From: the human T2T-CHM13v2.0 reference genome, Homo sapiens | DNA: 64,000 nucleotides | Assembly (NCBI RefSeq): GCF_009914755.1 | Contig: NC_060936.1 | Direction: 5' to 3' (one strand) | Shown here: positions 39,341-61,242 of the stretch, one piece after another | Position numbering within the stretch: position 1 is the stretch's first letter | Layout: the number at the start of each line of letters is the position of its first letter | The notes under the pieces: generated by a model | Databases searched by the model: none | Seen by the model: the letters and a program-made list of their open reading frames with translations, nothing else | What the model was told of the DNA's origin: nothing | Program-made: the position numbers and the translations under genes

Positions 39341-39374
39341 TGCAGCTCCACCGTCCGGCCTCTAGAGGGCAGTG
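39341..39374 (+). promoter_or_regulatory. Candidate CTCF site with upstream motif
   Basis: Core CGGCCTCTAGAGGGCAGTG, preceded 6 bp upstream by TGCAGCTCC. Confidence 0.65.
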
Positions 39375-39727
39375 TATGGATACATTTGTCCAGATTGGGG
39401 GACTAGGTTTGATAAATTTTGTCCTGCATCAAATGACAAAAGGGTAATAGGAAATGTATTATATTTATGCCCCTTACTTTGAGATAAGAGACTACAACCT
39501 TCATACTTCGGGGTGTTAAGCTGCCATTGCTCTTGTTAAGGGGCAGTTTGTTTTTTAAGAGATGGGGTCTTGCTCTGTTGTCCAGGCTGGAGTGCAGTGC
39601 CGCGATCTTGGCTCAGTGCAACCTCGAACTCCTGGGCTTAAGCGATCCTCCCGCCTCAGCCTCCCGAGTACTGGGACTACAGGCGTGTGCCACCAAGGGG
39701 CGATTATTATTTTTTTTTTCTACGCAA

Positions 39728-39733
39728 AATAAA
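39728..39733 (+). terminator. RAB5B: Distal RAB5B polyA signal AATAAA with a downstream GU/U-rich element
   Basis: AATAAA followed ~15 nt later by gtgttgttgtttcatttttgttt. Confidence 0.65.
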
Positions 39734-40198
39734 AGACGGCTATTCAGTGTTGTTGTTTCATTTTTGTTTGGGGAGAAATTCGACTAGCCCAAGGAATCTC
39801 AAATTCTTGGAACCACTATTTTAGGCATTTCTGTTATCATTCCTGGAATACGAGAACTAAGCGATTGACTTTGCTTTCCCTAAAAGATAAACAGGGTAGT
39901 TGTAGTTGCAACAGAGTAGATAGAGGTAGGTCTACCCTGGGTTTAAAGTGGAGATCACAGCCGGGGAAAACCGGACTGGATCCCGAGGCCTCCTCCAGGG
40001 AGGGGCGGCAGGGGTGTCTCAAAATCTCCCACCTGTCAGCCCAACTTTTGGATTCCTTGTCACCTTCCACACTGCCCGAGCTCCGGACATACAGCCCTGG
40101 TGCACAAGGGTCCCATTCTTTGCACACCAGGGGTATAATGGACTCCGGACTGTTGGCGAGAGTGACAGCAAAAAGAGCCAGCCTCTTCTCCCAGGCTT

Positions 40199-40402
40199 CT
40201 TAGCAACCTGCCTGTCTCGGCTCCAGGAGGCGGGTTCCAGCCAATGGTTGAGCCACCCGCTTCCAGCCAATGGCTGAGGGATAAGCTGAGGGGAGTGAGA
40301 GGTCACTTACTGCAGCCGGACATAACGGCGCTGGCCCCGCCCCTTCTCGAGAACTCGCAGAGCTGGGCTGGTAAAATTGCAGTGCTGAAGACACTGGACC
40401 CG
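40199..40402 (+). promoter_or_regulatory. SUOX: SUOX promoter and non-coding exon 1 (donor at 40403)
   Basis: Two tandem TTCCAGCCAATGG(T/C)TGAG CCAAT units (40235, 40261), GC box at ~40335, CCG|GTAAGG donor. Confidence 0.75.
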
Positions 40403-40677
40403 GTAAGGAGACTGGGGGTGGTAAAGAAGCTGGGGAGGAAGGGCTGCTGAGCTGGGCAGCGGAGGGGGCCTTGGTGTCCAGCTGTGCTCCGAACCTCAAG
40501 GGCAACAAAACTATCAGTACCTGCCTCCACTCCTTCTGTCTGGGTGCTCTTGAGATCGCGGGGTGTTGCCGCAAGACCCTTTTGTGCCTGGATGCCGGAC
40601 GTATGTTCCTACCTAACGTGCCCATGGGGAGTGAGGGGTCATCACCTGCACCAACGGGTGGCATTTCTGTATTACAG

Positions 40678-40786
40678 CAAAAGGCTGTCCCTCCCAAACC
40701 TGGGATTCTGGGCTCACTGAGTTCACCTGCGAGTCAGCCCTACCTGCACTGCTCTGGTCTAGTACAAACAGGCTGCTGGCATTGAG
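40678..40786 (+). other. SUOX: SUOX non-coding exon 2
   Basis: TACAG acceptor and GAG|GTAGGT donor. Confidence 0.65.
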
Positions 40787-41222
40787 GTAGGTGGCAGAGA
40801 GAGTAATGGTCCCATGGCCCAGGGGCAAGGTGAAGACTGCTCCTATTCCCATCTCTAGGTTTCCTTTCCTCCCTACCCACGACCCACCCACCCCAGCACA
40901 TTGGTCTCCAGCATCTCATCAGCAGTTTAGACATTTGTCACCCCTCCTCACTTTGGCCCTGCTGGGTCAGTGCTCTCTGTTCAGCAATTTGAGGAAGAAA
41001 CTTGCAGGGCAGAGAGCAGAAAAATTACCTTCCTTCTCCAGCCTGCCCCTGACACTCTGGCCATTAACTCCTCAATTTGCTGAGCTCACTACAGTGGCAC
41101 AGAGAAGATTGAGGTGGTCCGGGACCCTAGGTTGGGGTCCAGTTCCCAGCTGGGTTCAATTTTTTTTAGGGTGAATGGAGGGAGAGTTGGGGACTGAAAA
41201 GCCTTCAAAGACAATGTTATTA

Positions 41223-44648
<3,426 letters not shown>

Positions 44649-45285
44649 TACTTGTTGACTCTTCATGTTAGCTCTGCTAGGCAGATGTCATTTCAGAGAT
44701 GAGGAAGCAAGTTCAGAACGGCTTGGAATCTTGCTCAGGAAATCGGGCTGGTTAATGAATAACAAGAGATCCAGTTTCACAAACCCAAGGCATTTTGCCC
44801 CCAGAATCTGGGCTTCTTCACCCATTTAGGCTGTCACTACTTTTTTTTCACTTTTTTATCCCTGTTTAAGTCAGTCTGACCCACAGTTGTCCTCTGCTGA
44901 CTTCAGAAATAATAATCTGGCCAGTAGACATTTGGTTTCGGTCCTTTAGGCCCTTCGCCCCAGGCATCGTTCTCTATGGTGGACAAAGTTCAGAATGGAA
45001 GATGGGAGAAAGGTGATTCTGATTCTAGAAGCACCCATCCCTCCTACCCCATTCCCCACCCGCATTACCTGCCATCCTGTCAGCACAGTCTGTCTCTGAA
45101 GTGCTCCAAGTTTTCTCTAAGGGCCCATTTGGACTCCCACTCTCAAGACTCCTCACTTGCCCAGAAAGCTCCTTGCTGACCTTCTCTGTGTCTTCCTCTC
45201 ACCCATTCCCTTAGGCCTCCCTAATATCCCCTCCCAGGGTCTCCCTATCTTGATCCCAGAATCTTCCTTCTACAGGTCTGCTACA

Positions 45286-45335
45286 ATGCTGCTGCTGCAC
45301 AGAGCTGTGGTCCTCAGGCTCCAACAGGCCTGCAG
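45286..45335 (+). CDS. SUOX: SUOX first coding exon (exon starts at 45276)
   Basis: MLLLHRAVVLRLQQAC; CAG|GTAGG donor. Confidence 0.95.
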
Positions 45336-45559
45336 GTAGGCCAGCCCATCCCAGGACTTGCCTCCTAGCCCCTATCTGCCACCCTTAGTGTCTTTTACAA
45401 TGTCATACCTTGCAAATAAGACAGTTGAGAGAGTGTGTCCAGGGAGGACAGAGAAAGCCAGATCCCACTTTTCCCACCTATCCCTGGAGAAACTAAGTTC
45501 CAACTTAAGGAACCAATGGCCAACCAGGGAGAAAGAAGTAGACCCCAAGCCTTCACTAG

Positions 45560-45941
<382 letters not shown>

Positions 45942-46343
45942 TTAGCCAGGTGTGGTGGTACATACCTGTAATCTCAGCTACTTGAGAGGCTGAGACACAA
46001 GAATCACTTAAACCCAGGAGGCTAAGTCTGCAGTGAGCCAAGATCAAGATCGGGCCACTGCTCTCCAGCCTGGGTGACAGAGTGAGACTCCATCTCAAAA
46101 AAAAAAAAAAATTGTCAGAATAAAGGAATCAGTCCTAGTAAACTCCACAGGCAACCCAGGCTGTGACCCATGTTCTTGTAGTTACCACAGAGTTCACAGT
46201 GACGCAGTCTTCATGCACAGTGGAGATGAAATCTGCTAATCTGCTACCTTCGCTTCCCAGTGGCCAACACCGTGGGTTGGGTCAGGGTGAGCTCAAGTGA
46301 TTTCTTCTTATTCTTCTTCATTTTTTCTTTTTTTTTTTTTTGA

Positions 46344-48090
<1,747 letters not shown>

Positions 48091-48562
48091 GCATGGAAAG
48101 GAGCCACCTCCACCCCTTTCCCCACCCATTAGCCTCACTGCTTCAGAAAAATCTTTCCCACCTTTCAACTTCTTGGATCACAACTCTGGCCTTCCTAAGC
48201 CATACCCAAGTACACATATAGCACATTTCACCCAAGGACCTTCCCTCTTTGGACACTATGTTACATACCCCTCTTGGCCTTTGAACCTGTGCCAGGAAGT
48301 GTGAGCTGTTACAGCAAGGGGCTAGAAGTGAAAAAAGTAATTCTGGAGACAAGCACTATTTTCTCTTCCTACCCCACCTCCATTTCTAATGCCTACTGCC
48401 ATCAAGGCCTTGTTTTGCTTTTCTTTTTGGATTGTTCAGAGAAATGTGTGTGGCATGTGTAAGAAAAGTGTATATACTATCTTATACTACCTCTCCAGGT
48501 TGCCAGAGAGTTGCGAGGAGAGCAAGGGGCACAACCGTCTCCCTTTATAGTTCTACTTTTCT

Positions 48563-48568
48563 AATAAA
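48563..48568 (+). terminator. SUOX: SUOX polyA signal AATAAA
   Basis: Canonical hexamer ~470 nt after the stop codon. Confidence 0.8.
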
Positions 48569-49209
48569 TAGTCTGTTTAAGATCATAACTCTTGGGCCTG
48601 GGGAGTGAGCCTATTGCAGGAGGAAGGATGCATTTGTACTGGGATGTATAATGAGATTAGACCAAAACAAACAAAACTGGGGAGGAAGACAGAGAGGAAG
48701 TAGGCTTGTAGGTTAAGAAGTAGGGCTTCCGGCTGAGCACAGTGGCTCACGCCTGTAATCCCAGCACTTGGGAGGCCAAGGCAGGTGGATCACTTGAGGT
48801 CAGGAGTTCGAGACCAGCCTGGCCAACATGGCAAAACCCAGTCTCTACCAAAAATACAAAAATTAGCTGGGTGTGGTGGTGGGTGCCTGTAATCCCAGCT
48901 ACTTGGGAGGCTGAGGCAGGAGAATCGCTTGAACCAAGGAGGCAGAGGTTGCAGTGAGCCGAGATCACACCCACTACACCCCAGCCTGTGCGACAAAGCG
49001 AGATTCTGTCTCAAAAAAAGGGGGGCTTCCTTCTCTGAGGTTTGGCAGTATCTGCAGGGACACCTAGGTGATTGACCTCAGGATACCATGAAGAGAGGAG
49101 AGGTGACAAAAACATGTACCCTCCAACTCCTTTCCCCAACAGTTCCAATGCACTTGGCAGGAAAGGCAAAGGGTGCTAGGAGTTTAAAATCAATATTGTC
49201 TTAGGAGGT

Positions 49210-50246
<1,037 letters not shown>

Positions 50247-50379
50247 AGGTACAGAGGGAAAACTTGGCTCTAGGGCCTGACGTGCCAGGCCACATCGGGC
50301 GTCCAGCGTGTGCTTAGATTGCAAACTGGGTGCAGATTAAAGGCTAGTTTTTGGGTTACCTTCAGCAGACGATGGTGCC

Positions 50380-51100
50380 TTTCGGATTTGAATCTTTCGG
50401 CGCTCGGCTACTCTCCCCTAGCTCCTCTCCCATTTTCCCCCAGCAGTCTCCCGGGCTTGGGGACGCTCGGTGTTCGGCCACGCCGCCTGTCGCCTGGTAG
50501 TGGGACCGGAAGTTGTTAGGGGGAGGGGGACGGCTGTGATGGGGGGGGATATTTGGGGGGGCAAGTCCCTTCTCAGGTGAAGCTGCTGATGGAGATGGAG
50601 CCGCCGCCACCGCCGCCTCTGAGCGCCCGGGTCCTGGCTCCGGCCCGGCGACTGCCGCCGCCTCAGTGACCCCACTCCCCCCGCACTGGGCCGCCCGGGC
50701 CAGAGTGGGGGACCCCCGCCCCCTCGCCTCCCTCTCCCCCAACACTGTCCCCTCTCCCCAACCCCTCACAGCCTGCGCGCGCGCGGAGACACCTCAGGTG
50801 AGTGAGGGGCGGGGCTTGGTGGGGGTAAAGCGGGGGCGGGGCCTCGGTAGCCGGGGGCGGGGCCTGAGGGGCTCTGGCGTGAAGGAGGGGGGAGACGTGG
50901 GCGGGGGAAGGGGCCAGGCTGAGAGAGGGTCGCGGGTTGGGCTGGGGCCGGAGGGTTGGAAGATGGCCGGGGGAGTTTGGCCCGAGGCCCCAGTATTAAG
51001 AGCGAGGTAGCAGGGACTCGGGGGTCCTAAAAAGGCGGGAGACAGATCAAGGCAAGGGGCCGAGGACAGGCAGGAGCTGCCAGGCGCGGGGCTCCTCCGT
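50380..51100 (+). promoter_or_regulatory. IKZF4: CpG-island distal promoter of IKZF4 with a non-coding first exon ending at 50797
   Basis: ETS CCGGAAGT (50506), GC-box cluster 50806-50865, YY1-like AAGATGGCCG (50960), CAG|GTGAGT donor; gene assignment from locus order and downstream exons. Confidence 0.7.
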
Positions 51101-51675
51101 GGGGATGTGGCTTGGGTATACAGCAGAAGGACAGCGAGGAGAAAGGAGCAGCAAAGAGGGTATCTGAACAAAAAAAGCGAGGGACCCGGGTGTTGGGTCG
51201 AGGAATGCTGAAGACAGGAATCTGGGGATAAAGACGTAGGCCTAGGTGAGATCTGGGAGGCAATGAGCATATTGGGAGAAACATGTAGAGAAGAAACTTA
51301 GGATGGAGTGAGAAGTGCACAGTGTAGGGTGAGAGGTGTAGGGAACTTGGGAAGCAAGGCTGGGAAAGAAGAGATTCACTGCTTGAGAGCCCTAAGAAAG
51401 AAATGCAACAGAGGAATCCCCAGGGCAGACATCCAGACGGGAGCTGCAAACTTGGGAAGCAGGCTGCCTGCTCCTGTGTACCGAAACAGCCCTCCCTGTA
51501 CCTCCTCACACAAACCCCATCCCGTTATTTTCTTACCTCATGGCTGCTAGAGTTGTAGGTTCTCACTTTTTAAATTTTCTATATTATTTCTGTGCCTTTA
51601 AAAAAAATTATGACTAGTCCTTTCTGGGAACAGTGGAGTGTTTAATGGAACGTGGACCTTTCGATATGCTTATGA

Positions 51676-52341
<666 letters not shown>

Positions 52342-54481
52342 TGAAAATGTTATCTGACTACCTAGAATATTTCCACTTAACGATAACTCAGATTCTGAGG
52401 ACAAGGCCAGATAAAAGGCCAAATCAGACAATCTTTGAAAGCATAGTGTTTCGTTTGGTTGGGGTGTATGGTAATCCCTCACCTCCCCATGGACCTGCCA
52501 GTAGGTCCGTGAATCTTGCTTTATGGTTTGCAGGAGGACTTCAGCTTTCCCTACTAACAGCCTAAAGCCAGAGAATCCAGACAGACCCTTGGGTCATGAG
52601 AACAGTCAGATGAGTAGCTCCTGAGATAAAAATAAAATCTTAAAAGAAGAAAATAGCTTTACCATTGGGAAGCAAGAGAAGTTTCACTGGAGCTTCTGGG
52701 GTGGGCTTCAGAATGGTGAGAGCTGCCCTCATTTTGGCAGCTTCAGAATTATACCTTGCCCTAGTCAATAGAAGTTGATGTCTCAAACACAAAATATAAT
52801 GTCTTTGTTGCCCACTGAGTGCAGTTAGTTAGTTGAATTGTAGCTTCTGGGCAATCCCCTTCCTCTGAGTAGGTTAAGGGTAAGGCATATTTCAGGACTT
52901 GGCTCAGAAATAAGTCCTGACTTTTTTCCAGTGAAAATGCAACTGAAAGTCTCTTTATGTCCTCTTAGTTTGAAATCTGCAGCTTGAACTTCCCAGCATG
53001 GGAGAAACTTATCCCACCTTTCACCGTACCCCCTGCCCCCCCACACACAGTAGTATCCACAAAGGAATTATTTTTTTTCCCCAACTGGCCATCTCTCTCT
53101 CTGTCTCTCTCTCTCTCTCGCCACACACACACACACCAAAGAAAAAGAAAGATAGGTATTTCTAGCCTCGTTTTACTCTGTAGGAACAAATAAGAGTGTG
53201 GGACCCTGTGAGTGTGGACAATGCCACAGGCAAAGGGACTCCCTTTCTTTATTGGTCTGTTGACTCTGCTGAAGAAAGCTTTGAATTCCAGGCTTTGATT
53301 TGCTTCCTCTTCTTAGAAGAGTTATGGACTCTGTTCTGGAAACAGAGAGATAGGTTCAAAGTTTATCAGACAAAGGCATCTAAGAAAGGGTAGTGCTGAT
53401 ATGAATGACCTGGTCCAGCTGCGGGGAGGATCCACATTGTAGGCTCTGATGCAATACCTATGCTGGGGTAGTCCTCAAGCTAAGAGGCCGTTTCTACTTT
53501 AGAGACTTAATGACCATCTAGTTTGGTGTTTTCCTCAGGTCCATTATCTCTGAAAAGAGACATAGGAGGAAGAGGATTATTTATCCTCCCATCCATAAGC
53601 CTGTGTTTCCAGTTCAAGGATTTAGGTCAGCAAGACGCAGACCCAAAAACCATTCATTTAATAACCCAAGAAAGAAGGCAAGCAGGGTGGCCCAAATCTT
53701 CCAACTGGGGCAAGATTTAATATAGTGTTCCAGTGGAAAGAATCTTCTAATGGTAACTTGGACTCTACATGTCCTAATTCTGTTGTTAATGAGATTGATG
53801 ACTCTGGGCTTAGTTTCTTCTGTTAAAAACTAGGAAATTGTAGATCATCTCTCAACTCCATTTCAGCTCCAGGATTTCTCAGTTCCTGGAGTACCCCTGC
53901 CCTAGACCCTCCACATGAAGAAGAGAGTCTTACCAAATTGGATTATCAGAGCAAGACTATTAGCAGAGAAGCCTGAAAACATCTTTCTGGCCCAAACAAC
54001 AGTGAACTTTTTTGATCAGCATGTATTAGGGACTTTTGGGCACAATTGCAATCAAAGGCAATTGTTCCTGTCTCTTCTACATTTTTTTTGCTACTGTACC
54101 CTAGTCAGAATAGTTCACTGAGACTTCCCTGTAATTTCAAACTTCACTTGAGAGTGCTAACCCTGTTTTGGGCATCTTTGGCTTTAAAACTGATTATTAT
54201 AAAACTCAAATTGAATTTCCCTGCTCTACTTTCTCCACCCCTGCCCAAACATACCACTGAACAGCAGTGATTTTGTGAGGCCTTTCTATAAACAGAGAGC
54301 TATACTTGGGGGTACACCCAAAAACCCCAAAAAGTATCATCTCCTATGTATCATATCTAGTGATTTAAAGTGTTTAGTTTGGCCCTTTTCCTTAGTTCCT
54401 TATGTCCTGAAATGAGACATGGGAGGGATAGGATTGTTTCTTCTCCCACTCATAAACCTTAGCCTTCTCTCTCTTCTGCAG

Positions 54482-54559
54482 TCTACATGGGGAGGACAGA
54501 GAAGCGCAAAGAACAAGAGAAAAGATGCATCCATCTGAGATCTAAAAGGAGACAATGAG
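54482..54559 (+). other. IKZF4: Probable IKZF4 5'UTR exon (78 nt)
   Basis: Long pyrimidine tract plus CAG acceptor; GAG|GTGATA donor. Confidence 0.5.
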
Positions 54560-55332
54560 GTGATATTTTCCCCCTGCCCAGGTGTTGTGTTTTCAGCTCT
54601 TACCCCTTTTTATTTTAGAGACTGGCCATTCCTAGGATGACCTGGGAATTTATCCCCTCTGCACTGCTCCCCAAGCACTTGGATAATGAAGCTGAGCTGT
54701 CTTCAACTGTATTATATGTAGACAGAAGGTCACCATCTACAGCCTGGTGAAAAATGAGTCAGACCTTTCCACTGTAAAGACAAACACATGAGCTGAGCTA
54801 AGGTTGGTGGGTTTCCTTCAGAGAGCACTAGGTTGACCCTAAAGATAATTTCAGAGCTGCAAATTGCTTGATGTCTAGGTCTTTTTCCTGGAAAGGGGCT
54901 TGCAGACAGTGGCTAATTCCATACCTTTCCCTGGCCCCTTTGCGTCTTCTCCCTCCTCAATTATGCAAAGCTTTGATAGAGAGCAGAGCCAGCTATGTGA
55001 TTTCAACATATTTTTGCTCAGATTTCACTCAGTTCAGGAAGGCATAGACAGTAGAGGATGATGCTGTGGGTTTGCTCTACTTGTAGCACCTGAATGGCTC
55101 ATACCCAAGGCACATGGGAAGTTCTGTCTTGTTAATAACTACTGCTCTCCACCGCAGAACCCAGGTACTAAGGGAAAGTGGAGAAAATTTTTCTACTTCT
55201 GCCTGTTATAGTTTGGGAATAATAACAAAAACATGGTATGGATCCTTGCCATTCTCTCTACCTTCACCATCTTTCCCAACAATATTCTTCTCATGACCTT
55301 TTACCCCCTAGGCCACATTAAGCATGTGTTAA

Positions 55333-55467
<135 letters not shown>

Positions 55468-55506
55468 TAGCTGGGATTACAGGCATGAACCACCACCCCT
55501 GGCTAA

Positions 55507-55791
<285 letters not shown>

Positions 55792-56161
55792 TAGAAAGGA
55801 TGCCCATTCCTGTTCAAATGTGTTGTAATGTTGATAGGAGAAAGCCAGGGCCATGGAGGACTCTTGTTTATGCCAAGTGGATTCAAACAAATGGGGAAGA
55901 GCTAGGCACAGTGGCACATGCACCTGTAGTCCCAACTACTCATTAGGCTGAGGAAGGAGGATTGCTTGAGGCCAAGAGTTTGAGGCTGTAGTGTGCTGTG
56001 ATTGTGCCCATGAACAGCCACTGCACTCCAGCCCAGACAACATAGTGAGATCTCATCTCTAGTAAATATAATAAATAAATAAGAACAGGGAAGAAAATTT
56101 GTGTCTCCAGAGATTACAATGACCAGCGTTTCCTCCCTCCTCACAGAGATATTCCTTTTGA

Positions 56162-56392
<231 letters not shown>

Positions 56393-58017
56393 TAGGACTA
56401 CAGGCATGTACCACCAAGCCCAGCTAATTTTTGTATTTTTAGTAGAGATGGGGTTTCGCCACGTTGGCCAAGCTGATCTTGAACTCCTGACTTCAAGTGA
56501 TCTGCTTGCCTCAGCCTCCCAGAGTGCTGGGATTACAGGTGTGAGCCACCGCCCCCAGCCGACAGTTATGTTGCTTTAAAGCTAATCTCCTTCCAAGATC
56601 TTTGATACAAAACTGTCTCATGTAACTAACTTCCCTCTCCTTATACCTCCTCCTCCTGCAATGTGTCTCCAATTGGCAGTGCCTAATTTGACCCAGTTCC
56701 TCTAAGGAGACGCTAAGATCTGCCTGGCTGGTTAGGCAGGGGAGGAGGTGCTTTAAGGGGTAGAGAGTGGGAAGGCTGGGCGGGATGTGCTGCAGGGAGA
56801 CTTGAGCAAAGAGTAAAGTACATCTGCTGATTTGCTCCTGGTTTGCACAGAAAACCAGGACTGAGAACAGCAGTTTCAATCCAATGCCCTCTCACTTCCA
56901 GGGTTACCAACTTGGTATTAAAACCAGCTGGAGAGCCGGGAGCAGTGGCTCACGCCTGTAATCCCAACACTTTGGGAGGCCGAGGCGGGCAGATTACCTG
57001 AGGTCAGGAGTTCGAGAACAGCCTGGCCAACATGGCAAAACCCTGTCTCTACTAAAAATACAAAAATTAGCTGGGTGTGGTGGCGCACGCCTGTAATCCT
57101 AGCTATTCAGGAGGCTTAGGCAGGAGAATCACTTGAACCCGGGATGCAGAGGTTGCAGTGAGCTGAGATGAGATCGTGCCACTGCACTCCAGCCTGAGTG
57201 ACAGATCGAGACTCCGTCTCAAAAAAAAAAAAAAAAGAAAAGAAAAGAAACAAACAAACAAAAACCCCCAGCTGGAGGCAGCTAAGTACAGCTAAGTACT
57301 GATTTTGCCCAAGATGTGTCACAGAGCACGTTAAGAGCAATTAAGCAGGAAAGCTCAGTTTACTGTTAGAAAGAAAGTCCAGCTCAGAAAACAACTCCTT
57401 CAGACCTTTCTGGAAATTGTTTTGGGGCCATCTGGGCAAAAGTCCAAGAATGAGATACACTTCCTGAGCCAGTGCTAGCTGAATGGTATGCTTCACCTGT
57501 TCTACCCACCTAGTGCTTGTCTAGCCCTTCATTCACACAGGCATTAGGCATGCTGCATGCACACAAACACACACACACACACAAAATAATATGAGCATAT
57601 TTCTTCCTGTAGAGCCAGCTCGACTTGTTCTTCCTTTTTAAGTAACAGACCCCACTCCCACAGGGATCACACCAAAGGAAAAGATGACTTACCTGATGTT
57701 AGAACCAGGGAAAAAGCCGAGTGTGGTGGTCCATGCCAGTAGTCCTGGCTACTCAGAAGGCTGAGCCAGGAGAACTGCTTGAACCCGGGAGCCAAACTCA
57801 TGCCACTGCACTCCAGCCTGGGCAACACAGCGAGACTCCGTCTCAAAAACAAAAACAAAAACAAAAACAAAAAAAACAGGGAAAAGCAAGAAAACCCATG
57901 AAGGCCTTGAGTAGCCTGGCTTTTGAAAGGTTTAATAGAAAGAGGACACCTCAGAGAGGCAGGCAACTTGTGTTCTTGTTCTTGTTCTATTCTCACCATG
58001 AACCTTGGGACAAGTAA

Positions 58018-58420
<403 letters not shown>

Positions 58421-58423
58421 TGA

Positions 58424-58668
<245 letters not shown>

Positions 58669-59353
58669 TAGGCTGGTCTCGAACTCCTGACCTCAGGTGA
58701 TCCACCCACCTCGCCCTCTCAAAGAGCTGAGATTACAGGCCTGAGCCACCAAACCCAGCCTGAGCTTTCCATTCATTTTGAAAAACACCAAAGGGCAATT
58801 ATGAATCTAATGATTTGGAAATGAAAGGGCCCCTCAATACCAGACTGCCCTCCTTTATCTTTTGATCTCTATCTCAAGTTTTGTGGCTAGTTCCAGAGAG
58901 TCTGAGTTCTCTAACAACTGTGGACTTGGGCTCTTCTAATGATTGTTCCTAAGGGACCCTTCAAGGAACCACTTATTGTGTGGCTTGTTCTAGTGGTCCA
59001 GTCCCAAAGTTCAGTCCATCCCAGGAAGGATGTCAAGAAAAGAGGGTTAATAAACTTAGAGAATTTTTTTCTCCATGCCCTGGCTTCCTAGGGAAATAGG
59101 GTTGATACTAGGAATCTCTCTGACAAAATGTAAGAGAGAATTGCTTTGTGAAGTGAAGGTAAGCCCATGTTTCAGGTTTTCTCATGAGCCTTCAAAAGGA
59201 GTCTCAACTCCAGACAAGAATTGGGTGGGGGTGGGGGGGCAGGAAAACAGATACTTTACTCTGTGTGCCTTCCTGCACCCCCTCACCCCCACCCCTACCT
59301 CTCTCAATATACCATTACAAGCAAACCAAATCTTTATCCATCTGCCTCAGTGA

Positions 59354-59890
<537 letters not shown>

Positions 59891-59942
59891 TGAGGTGATC
59901 CGCCCGCCTCGGCCTCCCAGAGTACTGGGATTACAGGTGTGA

Positions 59943-60110
<168 letters not shown>

Positions 60111-61202
60111 TAAATTTCCACCAGATAGATTTTTTTTTTCTCTCCTCCCACAGGCTCCTAAAGAGATAATTCATTGCAACAAATTATCACTTTTAAGTGT
60201 TCTCAGTTCCCGATTGTTTAATACTCTACTGCCAATTACTGCTTGCCTTCCCTCAAATAGACATTAACCTTCATTTTAAATTCAGACTCCCCCCCCGCCC
60301 CCCCCGTCCTTTTTTCTTTTTTAAAATAAGCGTGGTAGAGTAATTGATGAGAGGGTGGGGATAACCATTTACAGGTTTAACTTGTTTATTACACCTTCAG
60401 TAGAGGACTTATCACTGAACCCTGAGTGGGCTGCTCTCCTCCATCTTCTACTTTTCCTGTCACCCTCCCTCACACCACATACTCCAAGACAGAATCCCTT
60501 GAATGACTGAACCCAGCTTCTTAATACTACCCCCATCTTTAACTGAGGTATAGAGCCTCTAAGGGGCTGTTTCTTTGCCTCCTCAGGGCTGAGGTGTAAT
60601 CTCCACCTACATACACGGTCTAATCTCAAAATCAAGGACCACTCTGGATTAAGATAGTGTTTCCACCTCAGAGGCTGGGGAGGCCTGCAGAAGTTGTAAA
60701 TTGGAGGAAATATTGGGGTTTGTAAATCAGGGTATGTTGTCTTTCACCAGGACAAAGTGTAAGGTTTTTCTTGGAGACAGGGTCTCGCTCGGTTACCCAG
60801 GCTGGAGTGCAGTGGTAAGATCACAGCTCACTGCAGCCTCGACCTCCAGGCTCAAGTGATCCTCCCACCTCAGCCTCCTGAATAGCTGGGACTACAGGCA
60901 CATGCCACGATGCCTAATTTATTTTTATATTTTGTAGAGATGGGATCTCCCTATATTGCCCAGGCTGGTCTCAAACTCCTGGGCTCGAGTGATCCTCCCA
61001 CCTTCTTTCCAAAGCACTAGGATTACAGGTGTTGAGCCACAGTGCCTGGCTAAGGTTTTTCTTCTTTAGGATAGTATCAGACCATGCTTAAGTGCTCCTT
61101 TAGGTTTCTTGCTAACTCAAGAATATTAAAGAAAAGCCTCCTCCCTTCCCAGAGCTATCTTCTAATAGCAGCTATTTTCTTTTTCAGCAGAATCTCTTTA
61201 AA

Positions 61203-61242
61203 ATGGACATAGAAGACTGCAATGGCCGCTCCTATGTGTCTG
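61203..61242 (+). CDS. IKZF4: IKZF4 alternative first coding exon MDIEDCNGRSYVS(G) (exon starts at 61188 or 61191)
   Basis: CAGCAG acceptor, AAAATGG Kozak, 40 coding nt, phase-1 donor CTG|GTATGC; resembles the Ikaros N-terminal exon. Confidence 0.7.
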
